Source: the human T2T-CHM13v2.0 reference genome, Homo sapiens
Direction: 5' to 3' (one strand)
NCBI RefSeq assembly: GCF_009914755.1
Contig: NC_060933.1
Length of the DNA stretch: 64,000 bases
The notes under the pieces are model-generated. The model was not told the origin of the DNA, searched no databases, and was given only the letters and a program-made list of their open reading frames with translations. Shown here piece by piece: positions 44,795 through 58,290 of this stretch. Positions within the stretch are counted from its first letter, which is position 1; each line of letters opens with the position of its first letter. The translations under genes were made by a program, and so were the position numbers.

Positions 44795-45032
44795 TAAAAG
44801 AGATAGAAGGAGCTTGATCTCCATCCTCCTCGCTGCTCTCTGCCAATGTGAGGATACAAGGAAAAGATGGCCAAAGTATTAGGTGCTAACCAGGAAGCAG
44901 GCCCTTACCAGACACTGAATCTGTGGGTACCTTGATCTTGGACCACCTAACCTCCAGAACTATGAGAAATAATTTCTGTCATTTAAGCCACCCAGACAAC
45001 GGTATTCTGTTATAGAAATTTAAACTAAGGTA
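44795..45032 (+). mobile_element. MLT1A/MST-like LTR, 3' part
   Basis: atgtgaggatacaagg...ccagacactgaatctg...ccttgatcttggac...ctccagaactatgagaaataa...ttaagccacccag...ctgttatag. Confidence 0.85.
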
Positions 45033-45199
45033 TATAGCATAGATACAGACAGAGATAAAGATTATAGTTAGATATACGTGTACTTCTCTTGATGTATCAG
45101 AGTGGAGGGACACTGTGGATTTCAATCCAAGTGAGTTCCTGAGAAATCAGTTCCTGTTTACTGTCTTCTCCCTCTCTCTCTTTTTTTTTTTTTTTTTTA

Positions 45200-45312
45200 A
45201 TGTGAATTGTGAGTTTCTGGAAGGAAGTATTCATGTGTTATTGGTTTTTACCTGACGGCTTGGTGGCTAGCACACAGGAAGCACTCAATAAATCATTGGT
45301 GTATAAATTGAA
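45200..45312 (+). mobile_element. L2 3' end
   Basis: aattgtgagtttctggaaggaag...ctagcacacaggaagcactcaataaatcattgg. Confidence 0.65.
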
Positions 45313-47327
45313 AGTTGCTTAAAATTAACTAGTTTTCCTGGAGTTCAGAAGAAAATAAACCTAGCCCTAGTTAACACCAGCTGTTAGAGGTATTTTATAC
45401 TACAGTTTGTCAGCTTTGGCTACCCCCCAGGACATTTGGTAGGTTTGGCAAAGTATCATTGATGAAAAGGCCACACCCACATTTTGAAGCAGAAACTTGA
45501 ATGTTGAGGGTAAGGCATCTATATTTTAAAAGATTTATCAGTAATTCTGGTAATTTTGTGGTTTTACAATGACTTCTGTTCATAGCCATCTGCTCACAGA
45601 CAAGGGGCTAGATAAGCTCTATGGATCCAGGATTCCATCATTTATTCCACTATTCCAAGAAATAAAGATCCTTAATTGGGACAATTCTGCTTCTCCCTAC
45701 TAAGAATTATCTTTAGTGCATGCACATACCTAAAATGGAAAAAAATTGCTTTTGTGTATGCCTGTGACAGATACACAACCATTCTGTATTACAAACTTCT
45801 CAGTCGAGTCTGGTAATAACATATAATTAAAATAAATGAGTTCATCTTAAGTTATTAGATCACACCATGATTTTCCTAACCTATAAATTATAAAGATTAG
45901 AGAAAACAAATTTGCAAGGGCAAAGTTGAAGCTAAATCCTATCATCATTTCTATCCCTGCCTCAATTTTGTTAGGATTTGATGGCAGAATCTGTGAATCA
46001 GATGCATGTTTTCCCTCCCCCACTCCCCAATAGTGAAAAAAGAAAATAGCTTCTAATTTTTGTTTTCCAATCTACCAGCTTGTGCCATTGCTGCTAAATC
46101 TCTGGCTTTCTAGGTGCTCTCCTGGTAACCTCTCCATGCTTTAATTTTGAAGGCATTGACCTCTATGAGATTTGAATGTTCTTCCTTGCCTTTCCCAATT
46201 ACTCCATTTTTCAGTGTGTACAGCAAGCTGTCAGATTTCCTCCTCCACGTGAAAATCTCTTTGGGTTTGCTTGCTTCTATGTGTTCTGAAAAAAAACAAC
46301 TCAGTTTTGGTCAACTCTGTCTCAGAGTATCTGTTCCACACCATGACAGTTTATAATACTAGAGAATAGCTTTACTGATTTTGAAAAATCCTCTAAATAC
46401 ATAAAAGGCCAGATGTTTCCACACTAAGTTTTATCACTCCCATCTGATGGGGAAGGACCTCATTCATGGCTGTTTCCAGTGAATGGAATTTCCGTCATCT
46501 AGTTGGCTAGCATTAAATATTTGTTGAACAAGCAGATAAATTGAGATGATAGTTTGGGTACAATAAATACAAAGAACATATCATTTGTTCTGATTTATAA
46601 ATTTAGACTCAATTTTTTCAAGCTTAGTAATGTGTATAACTATGACAAAGGCAGTATTGATGTTGATATAAAAAATATGACTGGTCAAAACTCTCTTACT
46701 AGAGGAAGATTTGATTGGAAAAAGTGTCTGCAATCTGAGAATAAAGCGTATATTCAGCAAAATTAATATCTAATACATGTAATTTTATCAGAAAATACAT
46801 TTTAAAATTAGAAGCAATCTCTAGTTGTCAAATCTGTAAACAATTTTTAGAACCCAAAGTAACAAATACATCCAGGTACACAACAAGTCTAGGACTTGTC
46901 TCTAAAATTATTACTTACTAAGGCTATAGTCTGTGAAGTGCCAAATCAAATATAATTCCTTTATTCTATGATTTTTTATAAGGAACATTTGAGTACAAAT
47001 TAATACTTTGAATGCTATAATTCTATTTTTAACAAGCTCTGCAAAACTTTGCATTATTTTGAGAAGCTTTGTACTTGTTTTAAAGTGGCTGCCAGCCATA
47101 TGCCTTATCTATGTATATGTGTATTTATTTATAAATTCTCAGGAGAATTAACTACAAGTTTTATCAAGTTTATAATATGTTAGTATTGAATTTTTCTCAT
47201 CTTTCTTGTAGGATTTATCTTTAAAGTTTTATTTCAGAATTTTTTTTCAACTGCAAAAAATACAACAAAAACTTTAAATTTATGTAACATAAATGAACAG
47301 AAAATTTGAAAAGGTGAGATATATTAA

Positions 47328-47715
<388 letters not shown>

Positions 47716-47879
47716 TGCTTCATCAGCCTAAATAATAGCAATACAGTCATTGGTAATTGATTTGAAATAATATATATCTAGAATTTTAAAGTAATTCAAC
47801 TATTTTATAATAATTTTAAATGAAATGTGATACTATAACTTTAAAAATAGGGTTAACTGCATTATTCACTTTGGGTTCA

Positions 47880-48930
47880 ATTTTTCATTTATTGCAAAGA
47901 TGTTGATTGAATGGCATGTGCCTTTTCTATCTTAAGCACTGGGAAAGCAAAGACGAATCAGATACAGCCCTGCTCACAATGAGCTTTTAATCTAGTAGAG
48001 GAGTCTGATATGTAAATCAACAATTCCAATAATAGCTTTATGTAAAAAAAAAAAAAAGTATTAGAAACTCAGAGGTATCAGGGAGGGCATCACAGAGCGC
48101 GTGAAGCTTTAATTGTATCTCAAAAAAAAAAAAAATTAGGAGTTTGCAAGTAGATAAGACCAGAACAGCATTCTTGTAAGGAGAAATAGCACGCATGAAA
48201 TCAAAAGGAATGAAATACCACAGCATGTCTGGGAAACTCAAAGAGGCTTAGTTTTTATGAAAGCCAAGTAGTAGTAAAGGGTGCTGTGGATGTATGTAAA
48301 TGCTAAACCATAAAGGGTTAGTGCCATATCTCATACCAAAGAATCTCTGCTTTCTTTTCCGAGGGCACTAGGTAGTCATCTGGAGTAATCAAGCAAAGCC
48401 AACTCCCTCCCAATAGACATACATTTGATAAAACCCCACTACTGACATTATATATCAGGCTATTGAAACAGTCCTCATGAGAGTCAACCCAATTAGAATA
48501 GGAAGAAAAGAATTAAGACTATCTGTTTTTGATGGTAATAACTTTGAAAAACTACTGGATGTATCAGATAAGGAAAGTGAAATACAGGAACAGTTCTAAA
48601 TATTCTTATTGGAAGCCATGGAGAATTATATCTCAACTAAGGTGGAGACAAGGAAAAAGTTTTGTAAAGCAAAGATAATAACCTCGGTTTTAAATATAGT
48701 TTGAATTATATTTGTGATATCTAGATGGTGTTATCCATTCACAGTTTGGTATATATAGGTCCTGATCATAGCAGAAAGTTAAAGAATGGACACACAGACT
48801 TATAAATCATTAGTAGCTACATAGATTTTGAAAAAGTAACAGGAATAGAAAAATTGGTGAGACTGAGTGTAACTCAGACTAGAAACCAAGAAAACACATA
48901 CCAATAAATACTGGAGCATATCATCACAAT
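47880..48930 (-). mobile_element. L2 LINE fragment
   Basis: ttaagcactgggaaagcaaagacgaatcagatacagccctgctcacaatgagcttttaatctagtagaggag...atcagggagggcatcacagag. Confidence 0.8.
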
Positions 48931-48974
48931 GTAAAAATTATCAGATTTGCATATTGTTCAGTTATGAACAACAT

Positions 48975-49545
48975 TATAAAAATTCATTTTGTAAAACTGA
49001 GGTCAAATGTATACAGAGGGAAATAATGCACCAAACTTAAGTATATGAGCTGATGAGTTTTATTGTATTCATCATCTATCTATATCTCTATATGTGTATA
49101 ATTATCACTTCAAACAAGATATAGAATATACCCAGCATCCCAAACAGTTCTTTTATGCTCCTTCCTGGACAAAGACCACTTCTTTTCCTCACTCCATAAG
49201 AAATTACACATCTAATTTTTCCCACTTTAGATTTGTTTTCTTTTCTTGAACTTTTACAGTTATAGATAATGCATTTTTTTGTCTGATCTCTTTAATTCAG
49301 CATAACATTTTTGAGCTTTATGGTTTTGTATATATCAACAGTTAATTCTTTCTCTGCATTTATGTTCATGAGAGACATTGGTCTGTAATTTCATTTTCTT
49401 CTAATGTTATTTATCAGGTATTAATTGGTATTAGGGTTATGCTGGCATCATAAAAATAACTAGAAAGGGTTCACTCTTTCCCCACTATTTTCTAAAAATA
49501 TTTTGTGTAGAACTGGTATTAATTCTTTCTAAAATATATAATGCA
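48975..49545 (-). mobile_element. L1ME/L1MD antisense fragments (3' end plus ORF2 piece)
   Basis: aaataatgcaccaaacttaagtatatgagctgatgagtttt...caagatatagaatat; tgcatttatgttcatgagagacattggtctgtaattt...ggttatgctggcatcataaaa. Confidence 0.8.
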
Positions 49546-50243
49546 CTAATAAAAATATTATTATGTAACTAAATAGTAATTGTATTCTAATGAAAATATT
49601 AGCCCCATTAAAACACTACTTGACTCAGAATGTATGTTTGTAGTTTTTTAAATATTCTATTACAAATTAATATTTTGATAAAGAGCAAGAAACTTGTCAT
49701 TTATATCTTGTTCTCTTTCATAGTGTTACAAAAATTATATATATATTTAATAATTCTCAACCCCTTGAATAATTGTGTAAAAGTGAGTATAAATGTCAAA
49801 AAAAATCCTGGAAGTAGGAAACACTATTAAAAAGTGTTATATCTTCTCGTATGGAAGCAAAACAACAACAACAACAGAAAAAAAATAAAAACTAATTTTT
49901 AAAAAGGAAAAAAGTAATTTACCTATGTTGCTACATTTAGCAGTGCATCAATTCCCACACATTCAGAGTTGTTTCCTTGGAGAAGCTTTGTATTATTAAC
50001 ATTTTCCCCACTAGACCTGCACATACACAACATAAATAGAGCATCAGAAGTTGTCGATCATAAACCTAAATATAGCTCTAGGCTGTCAAGTTTCTGGTTC
50101 CCAGGAGTAACAACAACAAAACCTATGTAATGAGGACTTTGCTGTTAAAGTCTTCTCTGGGAAACACTTGTGTTACCTCGTAATTTATCATAAACTCTAT
50201 TTGATATTCTGCATCTGGTAGTGAGGTATAAGACTGAAACCGC

Positions 50244-50614
<371 letters not shown>

Positions 50615-52643
50615 TTATTTCATCTTTTAATTTCTACAACTCTAAATCCTTGGGAGTCTGCTCCCCCATTTTGTTTTAACAAACATGCCCTGAATTTTTG
50701 TCAATATAAGCTGTTTGGGAAGGAATAGAAAAGAGAAAATATCCATTTATTGCTAGAAATAAGTAGAAAAACAGGAATATAAAATTAAGCCACTATCTTG
50801 AGTAAATATAAAAATGAAACAGATGCTTATTAATTAAGTGTGGGCAGGTAGATGACAAGGCACCGAGGCATATTGCACCAGCTGTGAAGAATTTAGACAG
50901 CTTTTATCCTACCGGACCATTTATTCATTACGTAACAGACACCTTAAGGAGTAGAAAAGGTGACAAAACAAAATGATATAAAGAGCTAAGAGTTCAGTTT
51001 TCTAAACTTTGAACACTACTTGGTTTGGTTTTATCTGCTTTTCTAAGGAATAATCTGGCTTCCATGTTTAAGTTTTTTGAATGCTGCAGTTCGTGATTTT
51101 TTTCCCACTGGAAACTGTGTGACTACAATATTATTTATGAAATTGTATTGCATACAATATGCCAAGAAGATAGACAGCACTGCTTTAAGTATAGAATCAA
51201 CTTTTCCAAGGAGTCCATAATAGCAAGGATTTGGAAAGAAGTAAAATATCTAGGCAGAGAAAAACCCATGAAAACACAAATCCACTAATCCATGGTTTAT
51301 AGCAAATCTATATAACAGTAAATTTTTGAAAATGAAAAATAAAATTTAAATGGCTTCTTATAAGACACTCTGATGACCAATCAATCTCATTTTTTAAATT
51401 ATACTTCTGCTCAGATTAGTGGCAATCGAATTTCTTCATTTAGAACATTTGATAATGGGCCATTAGGGAAGGGAAGTCCAATCAATTCAAACTTGTTTCC
51501 CTCCTCCCAGCCCCCCACTGCCCCTTGCTCCCATGTTCTCGCATAGAACTGGATTCCAGTAACATTGACAGTTGATCCTTAGTCCCTAAGGTTTTTTTTA
51601 AGTTGTTATAACTTTTCTACCTGACTTTATTTTTTATACTATATGATTTTCTTTGGATTTTATTGTGCATTGGTACACAGGGCCTTTGATCTCGTATTTT
51701 TCAATATTCTACTTATCTCAAAAGGAAAAATAAAAAACAGACAAAAGTCCTTTAAAGACAATGAACAAAAATACATAATGCAGAGATGGAATTAGAGCTA
51801 AATGAGAAAAAACATTTTCTACATCAAAAAAGGGAAATTTTAAAAAATGATCTACAAGTTTATTCCTTCCATATATGAGAACATTAAAGGCCAGAAATAA
51901 TGTAAATCTGGTGCTTTTGTTTTGATTAGGACAAATAAGTACAATATTTCTAGAAAACAATGTAACAATCAGTACCAAGAATCAATGTAACATTCAGATC
52001 TTCAGTTTATTATATTCTCTTCCTGTAAATTTATACTAAAGAAATAATTTTAAAAGGTGAAAAAGTTTATTTCTGAAAACATGTAGTAAAAAATAAGGAA
52101 AACTATTCATTTCTACAAATTAAAAAAATTTCAACTGAATTACCAATTCATGTGACCTTTATGCCAGCTATTAAAATACAATTGTGAAAAATATAAAGTA
52201 CCATGTGCAACTTACATTATTGAGATTCACCAATTACATTTAAGAGAGTAATACCCATTTGTGAATTCCATCTCTATATATTGCTTCTTAAAGCCATACA
52301 GAGGAGAGAAAAAAATGTCAGAGAGCTCAGACAAAAGTGAGAAGATGGAGAGATAATAGTATGAAAACACAATTGAGGCATTTTCATAGGTATCCAGAAA
52401 ATATGGAAACAATTACCAATTATCCATGGATCAATAACTAAGGTAGCATCTTGTAGACACTGCATTGACCACTTAGAAGACAACACCAATATTTTGTAGC
52501 TCTTGGGGTATGGGAAAGAATGCCAAGGAGGGGGGGCTTCTTGCACATTTGTCATCAATTTCCACTAGTTATAAGTCCTCAATAAAGTGACTCATGTCAT
52601 GATATGAGGATATTTAGAAACTCTCAATGTTAACATCTAATCT

Positions 52644-52801
52644 GTATATATACATATATATACACACATATGTTTATATATGTATATGTTTATATATATT
52701 TCCATATACATAATACAAGAAGTTGTTTGATTTTATATATATAAAATGCTTATATATATTTAAAATGTTTATATATGTTTATATATATAAAATCAAAAAA
52801 C

Positions 52802-52854
<53 letters not shown>

Positions 52855-52855
52855 A
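52644..52855. repeat. (TA)n-rich tract with an embedded inverted repeat and a pure (AT)~19
   Basis: Mixed TA/CA/TG repeats; uninterrupted AT run at 52805-52842. Confidence 0.93.
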
Positions 52856-53618
52856 ATCAAACCACTTCTTACTCTGCTTGAACAGCTGTGATGTTTCTTT
52901 CCAGGTTTGCAAGTTCAGAGCTGATGCTAAACAAAGTAAGTCATTCCATAAAATTCACCTATACACAATGGCAAACAGATAAATGAGAAAAAGGGTACAC
53001 ATTTTTGTGTAAATAAATAAATGACAAAATAAACTTGAAAAACACAGTATATGATTTTTAAATTACTGTATGAAACAATTACCTTAATATTTAATATATC
53101 TTGGGAAAAAGGGGGAGATTGGTAAAAATAAAAAATGAAAACAACTGATGCTTTGGGGTAAGCAATTAATTTCTTTATTTCCTTTAGTTTTATTGTAATG
53201 CCATCTGTGGACGAAATAGAAGTTCATAGCAACAGAAATAAAAGCCATTGATTTAAGTGCCTGAAGAGCACTTTGAAAGGAAAAAACTAGAATTCTAAAA
53301 CAAGGAAAAATAATGCATCTTCAAGGGCAAATGCGTCTGAAGACAAATCTATGAAAAATTTCAGGTATGACTTGGGCTAAACTAGTGTTTCAAAGATAAT
53401 TGTCTAAATTCTGAATATTTAGATGGTCACCTTGCACTAATCTGGGAGCTGTAGTTCTTGAGTAGAGGACCATGGATGAAGCTGTGAGGCATAACATGAT
53501 CACATCAGCATGTGTCACTCAATAAATGTACTGAATGGTAAATGCCCACCAGATCTTCTGCTGCTCCATCTCTGCCAACAGAGGTGCTCCGGAACACAGC
53601 AGAGGAACTCGTTAAAGA

Positions 53619-53975
53619 TACAATGAGCCCTAAATAGAAATTACATAATGTCTTTTGCCCCAACATGGATGGAATTGTGGCTACTACCTTAAGGGAAACA
53701 ACTCAGGAACTGAAGGTCAAAAACCATATATTCTTACTTAGAAGTGAGAGCTAAACAGTGTGCAAACATGGACATAGAGCACAGAATAATAGGCATTGGG
53801 AAATCGGAAGAGTAAGAAGAAGAGAGGGGGGTGAGGGATGAGAAATTACTTAACAGGTACAATGTACATTATTCAGGTGATGGTTGCACTAAAAGCCCAG
53901 ACTTTACCACTATGCAATATGCTCATGTAACAAAACTGCACTTGTACTCCTTAAATGTATACAACATTTTTTAAA
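53619..53975 (+). mobile_element. L1PB-type 3' end (5'-truncated)
   Basis: caacatggatggaattg...gtgagagctaaac...ggtgagggatgagaaattacttaacaggtacaatgtacattattcaggtgatgg...aaaagcccagactttaccactatgcaatat. Confidence 0.9.
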
Positions 53976-55289
53976 ACAAGATATAGTAGGTCAATTTTGT
54001 CCATACGATTGAATGTTGGATAAAATTTGAGTAGATGTTGTTTAGGAAGACTAAATATGACTTGGAGAACAGTAACCAGTGGAATGACCTTTCCAATTCT
54101 ATCTAGCAGACATTGTTCAATTTACACTATACCATTCTCTCAGTGACAACTTCAGAGGTTTTCTCACAGCCCTGACACTCACTTAATATGACCATAAGCC
54201 GTAAATCAAGTAGCCTTCTTAGATGAATATAAACATAATGTTTGTGCAAGCAAAAGAAAGAGTAGGATGGAAGAAGGAGACCATAAAAAATGGAACTCAT
54301 AGAAATTGATATCAAGGCATCTTAATTTATCATTTGGTAGCAGCTAAGCATAAACGTGTAGCTAAAAGTCTTATATAATAAGTAAATTATGAAGAAAAGA
54401 ATGCTGTTAGACCAAAAGAGCAGAATATGTATGTTCCATATGATTAAGTCAGTTTGAAGACAATATTAAAGATGAAATTTCAATTGATTGCATTATTCAT
54501 TTTCATAGTGAGTCCTTTATTCCAACAGGAGTGTTTTACACTGATCATAATAAGAATGACATCCTATAGTTTAAAAGCTCCAAATATTTACTCAAAAGCA
54601 TAATTAGATATATTATCATTCAGTATCTGTGTAAAAATAAGTATTTGTCATCCCTAATCATTCTCTGGATGTGTGATTTAATCTTTTCCCCATAAACCAG
54701 GTCACCATTGAGAGCCTCTGTTCAAAAAATTTTACAATCTTGTTACTGTATTGTCAAGAGGAAGACAGTGATTTCACAGCTGAACTTGCTGGAGTCCTAC
54801 AAGGTTTCACCCACAGAATCAAGGAGCCTACTTTTGTAACCTACTCTTTCTTTCCCACAAGGCTTGAGTGATTGCATGTCTGAGACTATTAAGGAATTCC
54901 GGCAGATGTGCATGACAGTGCTATTTATCTCAGACAGTTCTTTCAGAAATGCAATGAAGTTATTACTAGAATTTTGCACAACGTAACCTTAATCTACCAT
55001 TTTCTAATAGTTACCCTTGTATCATTGTTTGGCTTTTAAAAAGCTATTAAATGTATAACAAAAAATATAGGTTAAAGCTACACAAGTTTTCAAGTGTTGA
55101 TAAAGCTTTGGCACCATAGAGATGTAAGTTTATTGTATCATGAAAAATGTACTTTTATTTTTAACAAAACAGTTTTCTTTTCACTTCTACTTCATTTTTT
55201 TAACAATACAGATTTGTTTTTACTTATATTTCTGTATTGTATTCACTAGATGGCAGAGTAAGCAAGTCAAAACATTATAAAATAGAGTT

Positions 55290-55645
55290 ATAACAATCTA
55301 CTCCTGAAATCCTGAGAGAATAAGGATTGTTGTGGCCCAGGATAATCAGGGAATGTTTCAGAGAGGAAGCAAACTTTGTGTACAAGTGGCATGTGTCCTT
55401 TCCAGACCAAGGCTTATAAGAAGCATCTCTGCCTCCTTCATGTTCTGTCTTTCACTATCTGTCAGGTGGATGCAGAGGACTTCAGGTCCTAAGAGATGGA
55501 ATAACCAAGAATGGGGAAGTTTGGATCACACATCTGAGGAAATCCACCTGCTAAGAGAGCAAGATATAGTATTTCATTACGTTAAACCACTAAAGTGTTG
55601 GAGGTTATTCACTAAACCAGTTTGCATATTTCTAACAAAAATGCT
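55290..55645 (+). mobile_element. MLT1 (I/J-like) LTR
   Basis: catgtgtcctttccagaccaaggc...gatgcagaggacttcaggtcctaagagatgg...gttaaaccactaaagtgttggaggttattc. Confidence 0.7.
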
Positions 55646-56280
55646 TAATGCTGATTTTCTTTATTTCATTTGAAAAGAATATATGTTTATTTCCCCTTAT
55701 TTTAGATGTTACATTATTTATTGAAGTAAGATCTGCCTTGGAATAATGAGTCCTGGACAAAACAAATAACACTTTTGTTGTTACCAAAATACAAGGGTGT
55801 AACTTCTCTTTCCATATACATAAGACTTCCTATATTATCACCCTTAGTTTTCTTATTCATTTATAATTTATGAAATACTTACTGAGATTATACAAGCTTC
55901 AGAACCTGTTTTCATTCCTGTCTTGATGGTTAAGATTTACAGCATATTGCTGGGAAGAAAAAATTCTGGCTGCTGGATCCCTCCTTCCCTATTTCAATCC
56001 CTTTAACCCCACAATTATCTATCAACAGCTGTAAAGGCATATCTTCATCAAATCCTTCAATAAGCCCCTCATATATGTAAAAGAAGGACATTTTACACGT
56101 GAATTCTTATGTTTAAATTTGAAGGAATTTTACTAGTATGCTTTGCTTTAATTTTTACATCACATGCAATCATTCTATTTAAATGTGGAAATTATACTGT
56201 TAAAGGCTAGAAAAATATGGAAATTCCCATCTACAAGTATCAGTGACAACCACTACCTTCTTCATTTGCAATTAATTCTT

Positions 56281-56585
<305 letters not shown>

Positions 56586-57913
56586 AACTATTAATTCTTA
56601 CTGGAAATTTTGCTTGCATATAGGGAAATTGGCTGTAGGTGTTGCTGTATAAAAACATGTTTATCACCTAACACAAGGCCTGCCTCTATGCAATCCTTCA
56701 GTCCAGCATTTTATGAAGAATCACAATTCAGATAGAGATGCCAGAATGCAAAATTTCTGTGCAAAGATTTTCTCCATTATCCTTTTTGTATTGGTCTCTT
56801 TGCCAACATGTAGCTAATATATTAAACTGAGTCTTTTACTCTTGGGACAAGACTGGTCTGGGTGCTCTCACATTGTACATGAATGGGCCCTGAATCCTCT
56901 AAGGGGATTCATACATCTTGGTTATTTTACTCTAGGAATGTCTGTTGAAGCTTGAGTTTTGGACATCTCTGGGGAAATGGACAAGTGCTGAATGAGATAT
57001 TTCGGACAGGTGGAATCTTACATTGGACAATGAAGTAGAAGCTGATTCCATACTCTAGTCTTAAAATGTATCCTGTGCTCTTCCCAAAATGTTATCTTGC
57101 CTCCAAGCACAATCTTTTCTTTCTCAAAATTTTAAGATACTATTATCGACAAAAATTATGAAACAGATGAGAAAATAAGGTACCATAAATAAAAGTCAGA
57201 AAAATAAAACATTAAGGAGTCAGACCTACACAGACTGAAGATATTCAATGAAACAAGAGGCTCTAAGAATTGACTGATGGATTTGGAGAAAAAAAAAAGC
57301 AAAGCTCTTCTAGGAATAAAGAATATAATTAAATGATAAACTGAATGAATGGGTTAAACAATATATTAGACATTTTACAAAAGAAGAAACAAAGATAGGT
57401 ACTAAAATATGAAGAGCTATTCAGTATTCTTAGATATCAGGGGAATGTAAATTTAACCTCGTGAGACACATTTTAATATGTATCAGGCCTACATAATTTT
57501 GTAGTCAGGCAACATTAAGTTAATTAATACAGAACAATAAGTGATCCTCCAACATACCAGTGAGAATGAAAACTGTCAACTTGGGAAAATAATTTGATAT
57601 TATCTAGTTATTTGCTACATGGACACACCATATTACCCAGGAATGAAACACCTGGATATATGCCAGAGGGGAGTTTTGCATATGCATATCAATAAATATG
57701 TGAGAATGTTCAAAATAGTGTTATTTGTAACAAACACTGGAAACAATCCAGTTGTCTGTCAAAACTGGAATTATTAATTAAATTGAGGTATACTTGTTTA
57801 ATACAATGTATATCAACATCCTTAAAATTAAAAAGTATAATTTGAAGTAAAAAGAAAATTAAATAAAAACATATATTATGATGCTATTTATAAGATTCAA
57901 AAACAAAATAGAG

Positions 57914-58006
57914 GCTGGGGATGCTGCTAGACAACATATAAATCAGAGGACAGACCTTCACACCACGTTTTAGGCCTGAATATCAATAGTGGCAAGACTG
58001 AGAAAC
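57914..58006 (+). mobile_element. MER20 3' fragment
   Basis: gaggctggggatgctgctagaca...aggacag...ggcctgaatatcaatagtggcaagactgagaaac. Confidence 0.65.
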
Positions 58007-58019
58007 TTTTTCTAAGGAA

Positions 58020-58290
58020 AAGTGAGAGCATAATTAATACCAATTTTAGGAAAAATTTTAAAATATGGAATTAGCATTATTGATTTTCCCTTTAGATTTT
58101 TCCTTTTACTAACACTGTCTTTATTTAAAATGTTGATATCTTTTTCATTATTGATTTCTAAGTTGATTTGAATTATTTTAACATACTGCATTAAAATATT
58201 ATTTATTCTGATTCCTGAGGTTTTTGGCACCCCCTTAAGGTTTGGGGCCTGAGAGTGAGCCTCCCTGGCCTCACTGCAGTTTCAGTCTTA
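58020..58290 (-). mobile_element. MER96B-like hAT DNA transposon
   Basis: gcattaaaatattattt...ctgaggtttttggcacccccttaa...gcctgag...gcctccctggcctcac is the reverse complement of the MER96-type terminus. Confidence 0.7.
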
